Positions 20,682 to 29,884 of a stretch of DNA of 35,707 nucleotides are shown piece after piece (positions within the stretch are counted from its first letter, which is position 1; every line of letters begins with the position of its first letter). The stretch covers positions 1 to 35,707 of the forward strand of contig CALMHN010000061.1 in the NCBI GenBank assembly GCA_937863745.1. The letters are read 5' to 3'. The translations under genes were made by a program, and so were the position numbers. The notes under the pieces were generated by a model. It saw nothing but the letters and a program-made list of their open reading frames with translations. It was not told the DNA's origin and ran no database searches. The stretch is from an uncultured bacterium (GTDB lineage Bacteria > Bacillota_I > Bacilli_A > RF39 > UBA660).

Positions 20682-21467
20682 CTAACCAATTGTATTTAAT
20701 AAAGAGTCTATATCATTATCTTGTTCTTTTTCTGGAGAACTAGATAATTGATTATCCTTATCAGATATATTATCTTCTTCACTATTAGTTGCACTGTTAT
20801 CTTCATCACTCTTTTTGTTATCATTATTATCATTATCCTGATTATCTTGTGATAAGGTTTCATCATCAGAATTATATTTCTTCAGTATCTCTATAGCTTG
20901 TTTTACAACTTCTGCAGAAAATTCCTCCAGCTTTTTATTAACTTCATCTAGATTATCTTTCTCATATATGCTATCACCAATAGTTGCAATTGTTTGTAAA
21001 ACTTTGTTTACATACTTTATTAAAGGAGTAAAATCAGCATCTCTTGTTTTAGTAGATGCCATATTGAGCAAATCTCTGATTCTGATTAATTGTTTAAGAT
21101 TAAATAAAAATTTATCTTTGATACTCTCAGCATCTTGTTCATCTCCAGAATCTATCTCAGGAGTTTCTGGGATATCAGTATCAGAGACATCTGGAATGTT
21201 TTGATCATTGGTATTTAAGATATCTTCTGGTGTAACATCATTGATATTGGTATCATTTTGACCAGTAATATCAGAAGGTTCATTATTTAACTCATCATCA
21301 TTAATTTGTTGATCATCTGTTTCATTTTGATCATCATCTTCTTCATCTAACAAATCATCTACTTCAAATAAAACATCGTTTTCAGTATAATTATCGATAT
21401 CATATATCTTATTCAATAATTCATCAATATTCTCATACTTACTATATAATATATTGTCAATAGTCAT
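20682..21467 (-). CDS. Highly acidic D/E/N-rich protein, scaffold-like
   Basis: 261-aa low-complexity acidic protein between portal and prohead protease, with a TGGAGGT SD. The scaffold role is inferred from position and composition. Confidence 0.6.
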   Translation of the reverse strand: MTIDNILYSKYENIDELLNKIYDIDNYTENDVLFEVDDLLDEEDDDQNETDDQQINDDELNNEPSDITGQNDTNINDVTPEDILNTNDQNIPDVSDTDIPETPEIDSGDEQDAESIKDKFLFNLKQLIRIRDLLNMASTKTRDADFTPLIKYVNKVLQTIATIGDSIYEKDNLDEVNKKLEEFSAEVVKQAIEILKKYNSDDETLSQDNQDNDNNDNKKSDEDNSATNSEEDNISDKDNQLSSSPEKEQDNDIDSLLNTIG

Positions 21468-21495
21468 TTTATACTATAACCTCCATCAATATTAC

Positions 21496-23556
21496 TTATA
21501 ATATGTTATTAAGAGTCTCTGGAGCTGGTGTTTCTTCTCCTCCAAACAGATCTGATGAGAGTTCTCCACCACCCATGTCTTCTTCATTGGATTCTTCTCT
21601 TGATTTCTCCAGCTGTTCCAGATAGAATTCATCAAAATCATATTCTGGTAAGAATCTCCTCAATATCTTCTCTTCAGGCACATTCATTTCTTTAAGTGCA
21701 TTATATATATCTCTAATTTCAGTGTACATTTTTGATAATGCCTCTGTAATAATACCTCGTGGAGGCATAAACGTTAGAGATATATTATGATAATTACTAT
21801 TTAGATCATCATCATCTGAATGTACTAATATATATATTTTATGCATTAACTCTGTAAAGTATTCAGAGAACATCTTTTGATATCTGATAACTGATCTTGC
21901 AAATAACATACTTTCTTGCGCAAGGGTTGCTTTAGTTGAATTGAATTCTTCTATACCTAGATAAGATGGTGGAATTTCAATACCAGTTAGTATATTCTTT
22001 ATGAGTGTTGTATCTTCACCCTGTCTGGTATCTGAATAGGATCCCATATCAAGTGTATCCATTTCAACATATCTTTTTCCATCTTTAGCAGGTAAATAAT
22101 AATCTTCAAAGGTAGATACAATAGAAGGAATAGTTTCTATATCATTTAAATCAGATACCTTTACTTCTCTACTTTTAACTGCCCTTTTAACATTCTCTAT
22201 TCTACTTGCTGCATCTCTAGTGCCTGATACATCTACAGTAAATATCATATGCTTTCCTGCTCTAGAAAGCATATATATCGTAGATGATACTAATCTGGCA
22301 AGATATAGCCTAAATATAAATTCAAGATCTGCAAATATAGATTCTCCATATACTTCATCTTTAAGACTTATATTCTTAAAATGAATCATATTGCTTTCAG
22401 GCACATATCTTACATTGACAGATTTAATAGAACTAATTTTATTATAACCTTTTATAATATTAATTAGAACATCCTTTATATCATCAGATAATGAATTTAC
22501 ATCTATTTGTTTGAGATATGAAGAAATAACAGCATACACTTTGTTTATAATAGTATTAAATGCCTCTTTTTCAGAGTCCATCTGCATCTTAGAAAAGGAT
22601 CCTACATTACCCATTCTTGGACCTGCTGCTTCTTGAGCACTTGTTTCACTATCAATAACTAAATAACCAAGACATATATTATAACGTTGTATCTTAATTA
22701 CATTATGTGGTTGATGAAATATTAACGAAACATCCTCATATGTTATATTATCATTATTATTTTTTTCAACATCTTTATTTGATTCATCTTCAGTAATAAG
22801 ATAATCTTCTGTGATATTATCTTCTTTATATTCTCTTAATTCCTTTGATACTAAATCATTTTCTATTAAATTATGTCTGCGAATATGTTTTATATCCTCT
22901 GTTTCTAATAACTTGACTGATATCTGTTTATCTTTAAATAACTTATTATTTATTTCAGAAAGATTAATCTTTTCTTCTCTGATGACACCACCAAACACAT
23001 TCTCCATTTCACGCTGTCTGGTAGTTAATTCAACAAAGAAATCACCAAACAATAAAGTATTCTGAATAATATAATCAGCTTTCTTATCTATAGCTAATAC
23101 TTTCATAGCATTTCTAAATTCTTGTTTAAGAAGATCTATTTCAGTCTCTATACCTTCAATATCATCTAATTCAGATATTACATTCAAAGATCGTTTATTA
23201 ATATCATCTGGTGAAAGAATATTATCAGCCCATATACGTAATGCTTTTCCTAATATAGGTATTCTATCTTTAACAGCAAGTATATTCTTATAACTATCTA
23301 ATCTTTTCTTAGATGGTGTAAATTGAGAATATCCAGCATTAAATGAACTCAATACATTGTCTATAACATCTGATTCTTTTCCATTGTTAGATTTATTAAC
23401 AACAGCATTAACCAAATCAATCCAGTCTTTTTTCCTATAGGGACTTAATAAATCAGCACTATTAACATCATCTAGATGACGTTCGAAATCAATAGTTAGA
23501 TCTCCACTTTTATTAATACTATATAGTAAATTTCTAAATGTATCTTTAATGGACAA
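21496..23556 (-). CDS. Portal protein (T4 gp20-like)
   Basis: [44 protein letters not shown] parallels gp20 [66 protein letters not shown] parallels gp20 [20 protein letters not shown]. The start is TTG, 9 nt after GAGAGGTG. Confidence 0.9.
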   Translation of the reverse strand: [686 protein letters not shown]

Positions 23557-23588
23557 TTAATAATACACCTCTCAGTGTGAAATCAATC

Positions 23589-23963
23589 TTATCTAATAAC
23601 GTTATAAATCATATTCAAATGTCTATATATTTCTCTAGATATAAAATCAAAGTATTGATCCTTGGTCATAAATACCAAGGATTCTCTTTGTAATTTTCTA
23701 GGTATATTTTTCACAATATATGCAAATGCTTCTTTGTATATCATAAAGTATTCTTCAGTATTTAAATCCAAATTATTAACAAGTGCATCGTGTACACCTT
23801 TTTCTTGCATGAAAAAATCTATCAATGATGATATTGTATCTGAAAGCATAGAAAGAGTATTTCTCATTGATTTAATTCTATTTCGCTCTCTTATTGATGA
23901 CAGTAATCTAGACAGTATGAATGTTAAGTATAATAGCATAAAAATTATAATATATTTTATCAT
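23589..23963 (-). CDS. Small membrane-anchored hypothetical protein
   Basis: 124-aa ORF with N-terminal hydrophobic helix IKYIIIFMLLYLTFILSRLL and a GAGAGGAG SD. Confidence 0.6.
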   Translation of the reverse strand: MIKYIIIFMLLYLTFILSRLLSSIRERNRIKSMRNTLSMLSDTISSLIDFFMQEKGVHDALVNNLDLNTEEYFMIYKEAFAYIVKNIPRKLQRESLVFMTKDQYFDFISREIYRHLNMIYNVIR

Positions 23964-23993
23964 TTATGAAAAACTCCTCTCTCTTATTATCAT

Positions 23994-24042
23994 AATCAAT
24001 CGAGTTGCAATGATTTAATTTGACATTGCAACTCGATTGATT
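23994..24042 (-). terminator. Long perfect hairpin, either a terminator or a regulatory structure
   Basis: An 18-bp perfect inverted repeat, AATCAATCGAGTTGCAAT / ATTGCAACTCGATTGATT, with a 13-nt loop lies in the intergenic gap. No clear U-tract follows on the minus strand. Confidence 0.45.
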
Positions 24043-24070
24043 ACAAATGAGAATATTTTATTTGGTTTTA

Positions 24071-24367
24071 CTATTCATCTTCAGAACATTCATCATCAGA
24101 ATAATCCTCAACCCCACCTCTTACATGTTGTTTTTTAGTGGTGGCATAGAAAAACACAAGATCTTTCTTATTAAGTAATAAGACATCTTGTTCTCTGGTT
24201 GGTATGTCAAGCAACACAAAATCAGTCTTACTCTCTGCAATTTTTTCAGCTATACGATGAATATCTTGTTTGGTGACATTCTCTGCAGTGAGAACTGATT
24301 TAGTGTTATTAATATACCCAAATACCAACCTAATAGCACATGTTTTTTCCTTAACCTGATTTTCCAT
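24071..24367 (-). CDS. Small hypothetical protein with an acidic C-terminal tail
   Basis: I place the start at ATG 24367, 7 nt after GGAGGG. The ORF track's TTG at 24382 lies inside that SD. The protein ends in GGVEDYSDDECSEDE. Confidence 0.55.
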   Translation of the reverse strand: MENQVKEKTCAIRLVFGYINNTKSVLTAENVTKQDIHRIAEKIAESKTDFVLLDIPTREQDVLLLNKKDLVFFYATTKKQHVRGGVEDYSDDECSEDE

Positions 24368-24456
24368 AATTATACCCTCCAATATTCTTAGAATGATTTT
24401 ATCTTTTCTTTTTGATTATATATGACATTTTGTGAAAAATCAAGTAGTTAATAAAA

Positions 24457-24681
24457 CTACTTTCCAATTTCTTCACTTTCTGGTTGTAATGATTTAGATT
24501 TCTTACCTGTGCTTTCTTGAGTGTTATCTATAATCTCATATTGTACTCCTTGCACATCCAAAAGCAATAGCTGGTGTTCATATAATTCAACAATAGCTGG
24601 AGTTCTAAGGGAGTTAAATCCAAATGCATTTAATGTGCCAGGAGATTTTATATTGACAAGTACCTTCTTTCTAGTATACAT
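24457..24681 (-). CDS. Small hypothetical protein
   Basis: 74-aa ORF with an AAAGGAGA SD. Confidence 0.55.
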   Translation of the reverse strand: MYTRKKVLVNIKSPGTLNAFGFNSLRTPAIVELYEHQLLLLDVQGVQYEIIDNTQESTGKKSKSLQPESEEIGK

Positions 24682-24720
24682 GGCTGTAATCTCCTTTTAT
24701 ATAATAATGAACAAACAATA

Positions 24721-26154
24721 TTACTTATTATCATTTGCAAGTTTACGCAAGACCATGGCTGGATCAAATTCTTCATATGTGCTATAGATGCTCAATAATC
24801 CTGAAGATTCTCTAAACTTAAGATTACCTTCCTGCGATTCAGCTTCCTTCCAAGGTATAAGCATACCAAGCTGTTCGAGATATTTCTCCAGCTTTTGCCT
24901 CACTTCTTTAACTACATTTTCATTAACCTTTAAAGCTTTAAGGGTAGCATCATTAGCAAATACATCAGTTAGGGTTTTAATAGCACCTGGTATTGCATAA
25001 AGTTTTCCATCAATAATATCTGCTATGGGATACTGATATGCATCTATATCATTTTCCTTACCAGGTTCAACATATAGATGAGCTTGTTTTATTAATTCAA
25101 AATTTACAGTATCAGTCTTAACTGCAGCTTCAAGTATTCTCTTACTAGAATTGACAGGAGACCAAGTAGCATTAACAGCAATTGGAAGTGGAACATAAGA
25201 TTCAGTCTGTTTCTCTGGAGTTTCTGCTTCTTTATCTGGTGCTTTTTTATTTACTTCTGCTTCTTTTTTCTTACATTTTGCCTCTTCAGGCATCTCATCA
25301 CTTACATCTTCTAGTTTGTCAATATCTCTTAATATAGCATCCAAATCAGAATCTTCTGCTTCAGTTGTTTTTACCATATCCTTTTTCTTTTCAGCATCAG
25401 GATCTTCAAAATTCTTTGATACTTTGTCCATAGCCTTATCTACACTAGTTTTTGCTGCTTCAACCTGATATATGAAATGCTCTACAGTAGAAAGTGTCTT
25501 GTCAAGATCAAATTCATCTTCAGATCCAACTTCTGGTTCTAAATCAACCTCAGGTTCAGTTTCCTGTTCTGGCTCAACTTCTTCAGGCTCTTCTACTGGT
25601 TCTTCTTGAGGTTCCTCCAAAGATACAATGTTATCTAGAAATTCACTTATAATAGACATAAGAACATCTGTACCATTGTCTCCATATACATCAGACATAT
25701 CAGCAGGTTCCTCAACAGATACTACAGATTGAACTACATTATCATCATCTGCAGGCGTATCAATTGTAGAAGCAACAACAACAGGTTCTTCCTCATCTTC
25801 CTGTTCTTTTAAAGCTGTAAGTAAATTACGTAGTTCAGTAACATCATCAGATTTCTTGCTTACTGACTCTTTGATAGCGTTGTCAACTTGTTTAGCACTC
25901 TTTTTAGGTTTAGACTCAGCAACAGAGACCATCTTCTGAGAAACTATATCCTCAACCATAGCATTAAGTTTCTCAGCTTCCTTTGTTAACTTTGCTTTAA
26001 TATCAACAGTAATATCAACAGGAACTATATTACTCTTTTCAAGATCCTTAATAATCCTACTAGAAAACAATTCACTTGCAATATCATTCATTGCAGGTTC
26101 CTTTGAAAACTCCATTTCTTGAACCATTTTATTCTTCTTCTTCTCGTTTGTCAT
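24721..26154 (-). CDS. Large highly acidic protein with a Pro/Glu-rich centre; function unknown
   Basis: 477-aa ORF with a TAGGAGGT SD. The central tract reads EEPQEEPVEEPEEVEPEQETEPEVDLEPEVGSEDE. The C-terminal 120 aa look globular (WSPVNSS...AHLYVEPGKENDIDAYQYPIADIIDGKLY...). Confidence 0.7.
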   Translation of the reverse strand: MTNEKKKNKMVQEMEFSKEPAMNDIASELFSSRIIKDLEKSNIVPVDITVDIKAKLTKEAEKLNAMVEDIVSQKMVSVAESKPKKSAKQVDNAIKESVSKKSDDVTELRNLLTALKEQEDEEEPVVVASTIDTPADDDNVVQSVVSVEEPADMSDVYGDNGTDVLMSIISEFLDNIVSLEEPQEEPVEEPEEVEPEQETEPEVDLEPEVGSEDEFDLDKTLSTVEHFIYQVEAAKTSVDKAMDKVSKNFEDPDAEKKKDMVKTTEAEDSDLDAILRDIDKLEDVSDEMPEEAKCKKKEAEVNKKAPDKEAETPEKQTESYVPLPIAVNATWSPVNSSKRILEAAVKTDTVNFELIKQAHLYVEPGKENDIDAYQYPIADIIDGKLYAIPGAIKTLTDVFANDATLKALKVNENVVKEVRQKLEKYLEQLGMLIPWKEAESQEGNLKFRESSGLLSIYSTYEEFDPAMVLRKLANDNK

Positions 26155-26189
26155 TTTTAAATGACCTCCTATTTTAATATTTTCTTATT

Positions 26190-27068
26190 TTATGAAACAA
26201 GAGCAGATGTTGCTCCTGATCCCAATAGTGCTAAAATTGAAGATATTGATAATATTATACCAACTGGTTTAAACAATGCTTTAAGATACATAAGTTTCTC
26301 ATTAAGTTCTTCACTTAATCTATAAGCTATAACTGCCTTAAGAAATAAAACAAATAAACCACCCATGATTATATTAAGACTAGCTTGCTCATTAACAGTA
26401 TCTTCTTTAACAATAGTAAATAATATATTGGGTACTTCTGGTACTGGAGGAGTTAATTCTTCAGGAAGTGGTTCTGGTTTTTTCCCTCGTAGATTATTAT
26501 ATATCTCTTTTGCATAACTTTTGATTTTACCTAACCAACTCTCCTTATCCTTAACATTGATAGATGTTAATTTTTCATTAGCTCTATTTAACCATATTGA
26601 AAGTGCTATCAATATAACACAAGCAGTTAATCCTCCAGTTAATCCAGCTAGTGATAAGGAAATTCCTGTCACTACTCCACCTACTGCTAATTTATCCACC
26701 ATATTACTGGTAGCCAGTTTATTGCCAATATATCTACTTATACTTTTAATAATATTATAAGCTAAATTGAGAGCAGCTTTGGCTGATTTTAAAATTAAAA
26801 TAAGAAGAGATTTAAACCATTCTTTATCTACTACATTTTCTATTTCTGCACCAATATGGACATGTTTAACATATTCCTTTATTATGTTCTTTGGGTTTTC
26901 AAGAACATTAGTAACTATTTTTTTACAACTTGGATATTTGCTTATAACATCATTTACAAATTCCTTAAAATTAGGAAGATCTACATTTAAATATTTGCCT
27001 TTTTGTTTTGCATTTAATTCTACTTGTTGCATAATACGACTACGTTCTCTTTTATTTAGAAGTAACAT
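26190..27068 (-). CDS. Multi-pass membrane protein, function unknown
   Basis: 292-aa ORF with an AAAGGAGGAA SD. Hydrophobic segments are LAVGGVVTGISLSLAGLTGGLTACVILIALSIW, IIMGGLFVLFLKAVIAY and VGIILSISSILALLGSGA. Confidence 0.7.
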   Translation of the reverse strand: MLLLNKRERSRIMQQVELNAKQKGKYLNVDLPNFKEFVNDVISKYPSCKKIVTNVLENPKNIIKEYVKHVHIGAEIENVVDKEWFKSLLILILKSAKAALNLAYNIIKSISRYIGNKLATSNMVDKLAVGGVVTGISLSLAGLTGGLTACVILIALSIWLNRANEKLTSINVKDKESWLGKIKSYAKEIYNNLRGKKPEPLPEELTPPVPEVPNILFTIVKEDTVNEQASLNIIMGGLFVLFLKAVIAYRLSEELNEKLMYLKALFKPVGIILSISSILALLGSGATSALVS

Positions 27069-27273
27069 TTTATCAATGATTCCTCCTTTTCATTATATCA
27101 AAATAATAATTGGTATTGTAATTCATATGAAATTATGATATAGTTTGTTTAATTATATCATATTGTATCATTTATTTGTTATGATTTCTTTTAGAATATG
27201 AGAACAAATAATTGAATGGATATGAACAAAATATAACCCAAATAACAATAAATAATATAGGAGGTAATAAATA

Positions 27274-28050
27274 ATGGAAATACAGGAAAGATTTTATGGA
27301 AATTTGGATAAGATACTTGTTGATGTAAAATCAGGAGATCTAGAAAAAATGCTCCGATGGATGAAAGTGTTTGGATTGACTACATTTGCTGCTATATCAG
27401 GTTTTTTAACAAGCATAATTAGTTCTTTAAAAGATATAACAAGTAAAGGATTGGATACTATAAGTGGCGTCATCCCTGTGGATCAAATACCTGAAGGAAT
27501 AGCAACATTCTTTCAAAATGCATATGCTAGTCTTATGCAGGTACTAAGTAATATAGTGTCTCATCTAACTGGTGCTGCTAAAGCAATAGCTACAAACGTA
27601 CCAGCTACTGTAACTGTTGGTGTTGTAACTATATCAACTGCTCATCTTATCCTTGGTGGTGTTGCTGCTTCTATAGTATTGCTAGCTTTATTTAAACTAT
27701 TTAATAATCTTAAAGCACAGCCATCTGAAAATACGTTTAGTGATGCTATGGATATATTTAATGAGATGCCTCTATTTGCAGAGAGTATTAGCAAACATCT
27801 ATCTGAAGAAAATGGAGAACCATCCAAGATGGGTAAAGTTATTTCTTCCATCCTTAATAAAGGTAAAGAAGTAGCAGATAAAGTTGTCGATATGCTCTCT
27901 TCTGGTGTAGATAAGTTGGAAGGTGCAGCGAAAGTACTTCTTAGTTCCAAAACAGTACGTGTCTTGCTTGGAGTATGTGTTCTGTTGATTTCTGTTGGTT
28001 TCATGTTATTATCTGGTGAAGGTGGAATTCCTGAATTATCTGCTGTCTAA
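27274..28050 (+). CDS. Multi-pass membrane protein, function unknown; one of the few plus-strand genes
   Basis: 258-aa ORF with ATG 9 nt after TAGGAGG. Hydrophobic segments are FGLTTFAAISGFLTSIISS, VTVGVVTISTAHLILGGVAASIVLLALF and VRVLLGVCVLLISVGFMLL. A perfect hairpin follows the stop. Confidence 0.7.
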   Translation: MEIQERFYGNLDKILVDVKSGDLEKMLRWMKVFGLTTFAAISGFLTSIISSLKDITSKGLDTISGVIPVDQIPEGIATFFQNAYASLMQVLSNIVSHLTGAAKAIATNVPATVTVGVVTISTAHLILGGVAASIVLLALFKLFNNLKAQPSENTFSDAMDIFNEMPLFAESISKHLSEENGEPSKMGKVISSILNKGKEVADKVVDMLSSGVDKLEGAAKVLLSSKTVRVLLGVCVLLISVGFMLLSGEGGIPELSAV

Positions 28051-28070
28051 ATCACTGTAAGAAGTAACAA

Positions 28071-28115
28071 AAATAAATATAGCACTCAGGTATTTCCTGA
28101 GTGCTATATTTATTT
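28071..28115. terminator. Bidirectional terminator between convergent genes
   Basis: A perfect 20-bp stem, AAATAAATATAGCACTCAGG / CCTGAGTGCTATATTTATTT, with loop TATTT. The A/T-rich arms supply U-tracts in both directions. Confidence 0.8.
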
Positions 28116-28117
28116 GT

Positions 28118-29851
28118 TTATATCAAAGTATCTATATCAACTTTCCACAAATCCTCTGTTTCTTCTTCATCAGTTGTGACTACTTCTTGCTCTTCTTCAT
28201 TAATATCTTGAGTATTAACAGAAACCTTATACTTAGCTAATTTAACTGTGCTTGGGTCTTCATCAAATATGATACTAATCCTTTCTGGAATATCAAACAT
28301 TCTACAAACAGTATAATCAATCCTCATTAAAAATCTTATATTGCTAGGACCATCTCTATTTTTATCTATAATACCCCAAACTTCTTTATAGTTCTTATAA
28401 TTATCTATATTGTTTAATATATCATCCACATCTAATGTATTATAATCAATTACAGTTTCTTCAACTTTAGAGAAATCAAATAGAACTAATACATCAGCAT
28501 TTTCTCTCTTCCTAATAGAGCCAGCTATTTTATCTCCTTTTATGTTTTCTCCATATCCACTTCTATTTACCTGTGTAACAGTTACAACAGGGATATTAAA
28601 TTCAACACTCATGGCTTTTAAATCATCTACAATCTTTCCTAGATCTATCCATTCTTGACCTGTCTTACTCTCTGTAGTTGCAGCCAATTTATCAGCATAA
28701 TCTATAAATACTATCTTTATTTTAGTGCCATATGTACGTTCAATATCATTTATTAATGACATAATATCAAAAGTATTAATTGATCCAGGTGATCTCCATA
28801 CTATGAATATTTCAGTACTATTTGGCTTGACAAATACCTGATCATATTTTTCTTTTACATAATTATAGTTATTTAATCTATAAGATGATTCAAATTCATG
28901 TTTGGCTATTCCAGTGGCACAACTTACAAATCTTGCTTGTGTTTCTTCTTTACCATTTTCTAATGTTAAATACAATACACCCCATTTTTCTGATTCAGGT
29001 ATATTGTCCAGCTTTCTTCTTTCATCAAGAGATATCTTAGCAGTGTAAGCTAAATTAATTAATACTAGTGATTTACCTCCACCAGAAATACCTCCCATAA
29101 TGTAAACCCTTCCATTTTCAAAGCCACCATTAAAAGCATAATCAAATACTTTGTATCTAGTAGGTATGTGCTCTTTATTAAGTTCTTGGAGAATATAATC
29201 TTCAAAATTAGAAGTAGAAAGACTTAGAATATCTCCTCTTGATAATTCACTTATTTTAGTTTTGACTACAGTCTCATCTATAATCTTATTAAAAATGCTC
29301 ATATATTCATCTAAATCTTTACATGTCTTGTAATCTTTAATGATGAAATTCATTAGTACTTGATGTTGTTCAAATATATTAAATAGACATTTCCTATATG
29401 TAAATTTCTCTTCAATAAGATTAATGACATCCATGGAAAGAACATCTTGAGCTACACAATATCTGGAAAGAATTTCATTTTGAATAGATGCTAATCTTGA
29501 ATCTGATTGGAGTATCTTTTTGAAATCCTCTAAACATATATCTCCATCTATGTACTTCTTTCTACTATCTATGCATTTATCAAGGATATTGACTGTAGCT
29601 GAAGCTATATCATCAAAAGCCAAAAATTTAATATTATATTCCTTTTCCTTTGATTTAATCATATTGATAAAGGTCTTAAATTCTTTGGCCAAAAGGGAAG
29701 CTATCTCCATAACATCTTTATCTGGTTTCTTACCAAATGCACATCTAGTATAATATGCTACAAACTCATTACCCATAAATACTTTATCTGTTTCTATTAT
29801 TCTTTTCAGTTCTTGAAACAACATATCTGGTGATATATTATCAGTAATCAT
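28118..29851 (-). CDS. DnaB-family replicative DNA helicase
   Basis: Walker A is MGGISGGGKS within FDYAFNGGFENGRVYIMGG. Also present are YLTLE (H1a), Walker B IVFIDYADKL and the arginine-finger region VTQVNRSG. The protein ends in an acidic tail, EEEQEVVTTDEEETEDLW. Confidence 0.85.
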   Translation of the reverse strand: MITDNISPDMLFQELKRIIETDKVFMGNEFVAYYTRCAFGKKPDKDVMEIASLLAKEFKTFINMIKSKEKEYNIKFLAFDDIASATVNILDKCIDSRKKYIDGDICLEDFKKILQSDSRLASIQNEILSRYCVAQDVLSMDVINLIEEKFTYRKCLFNIFEQHQVLMNFIIKDYKTCKDLDEYMSIFNKIIDETVVKTKISELSRGDILSLSTSNFEDYILQELNKEHIPTRYKVFDYAFNGGFENGRVYIMGGISGGGKSLVLINLAYTAKISLDERRKLDNIPESEKWGVLYLTLENGKEETQARFVSCATGIAKHEFESSYRLNNYNYVKEKYDQVFVKPNSTEIFIVWRSPGSINTFDIMSLINDIERTYGTKIKIVFIDYADKLAATTESKTGQEWIDLGKIVDDLKAMSVEFNIPVVTVTQVNRSGYGENIKGDKIAGSIRKRENADVLVLFDFSKVEETVIDYNTLDVDDILNNIDNYKNYKEVWGIIDKNRDGPSNIRFLMRIDYTVCRMFDIPERISIIFDEDPSTVKLAKYKVSVNTQDINEEEQEVVTTDEEETEDLWKVDIDTLI

Positions 29852-29884
29852 AATATAAAAATACCTCCCTTTTATTTATCTTTC

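Noticed and set aside
23662-24018. 118-aa plus-strand ORF overlapping the 124-aa minus-strand gene
   Set aside because: It has no SD and runs into the large hairpin. The minus-strand ORF has a GAGAGGAG SD and a plausible signal-anchor helix.
26521-27138. Plus-strand ORFs at 26521-26760 and 26767-27138, overlapping the 292-aa membrane protein gene
   Set aside because: Both are shorter than the minus-strand ORF, lack SDs and run against the operon direction. The minus-strand ORF has AAAGGAGGAA and coherent TM segments.
27642-28004. 120-aa minus-strand ORF inside the plus-strand membrane protein gene
   Set aside because: The plus-strand ORF is twice as long, has a strong SD and ends at a dedicated terminator. 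The minus-strand ORF has no SD.
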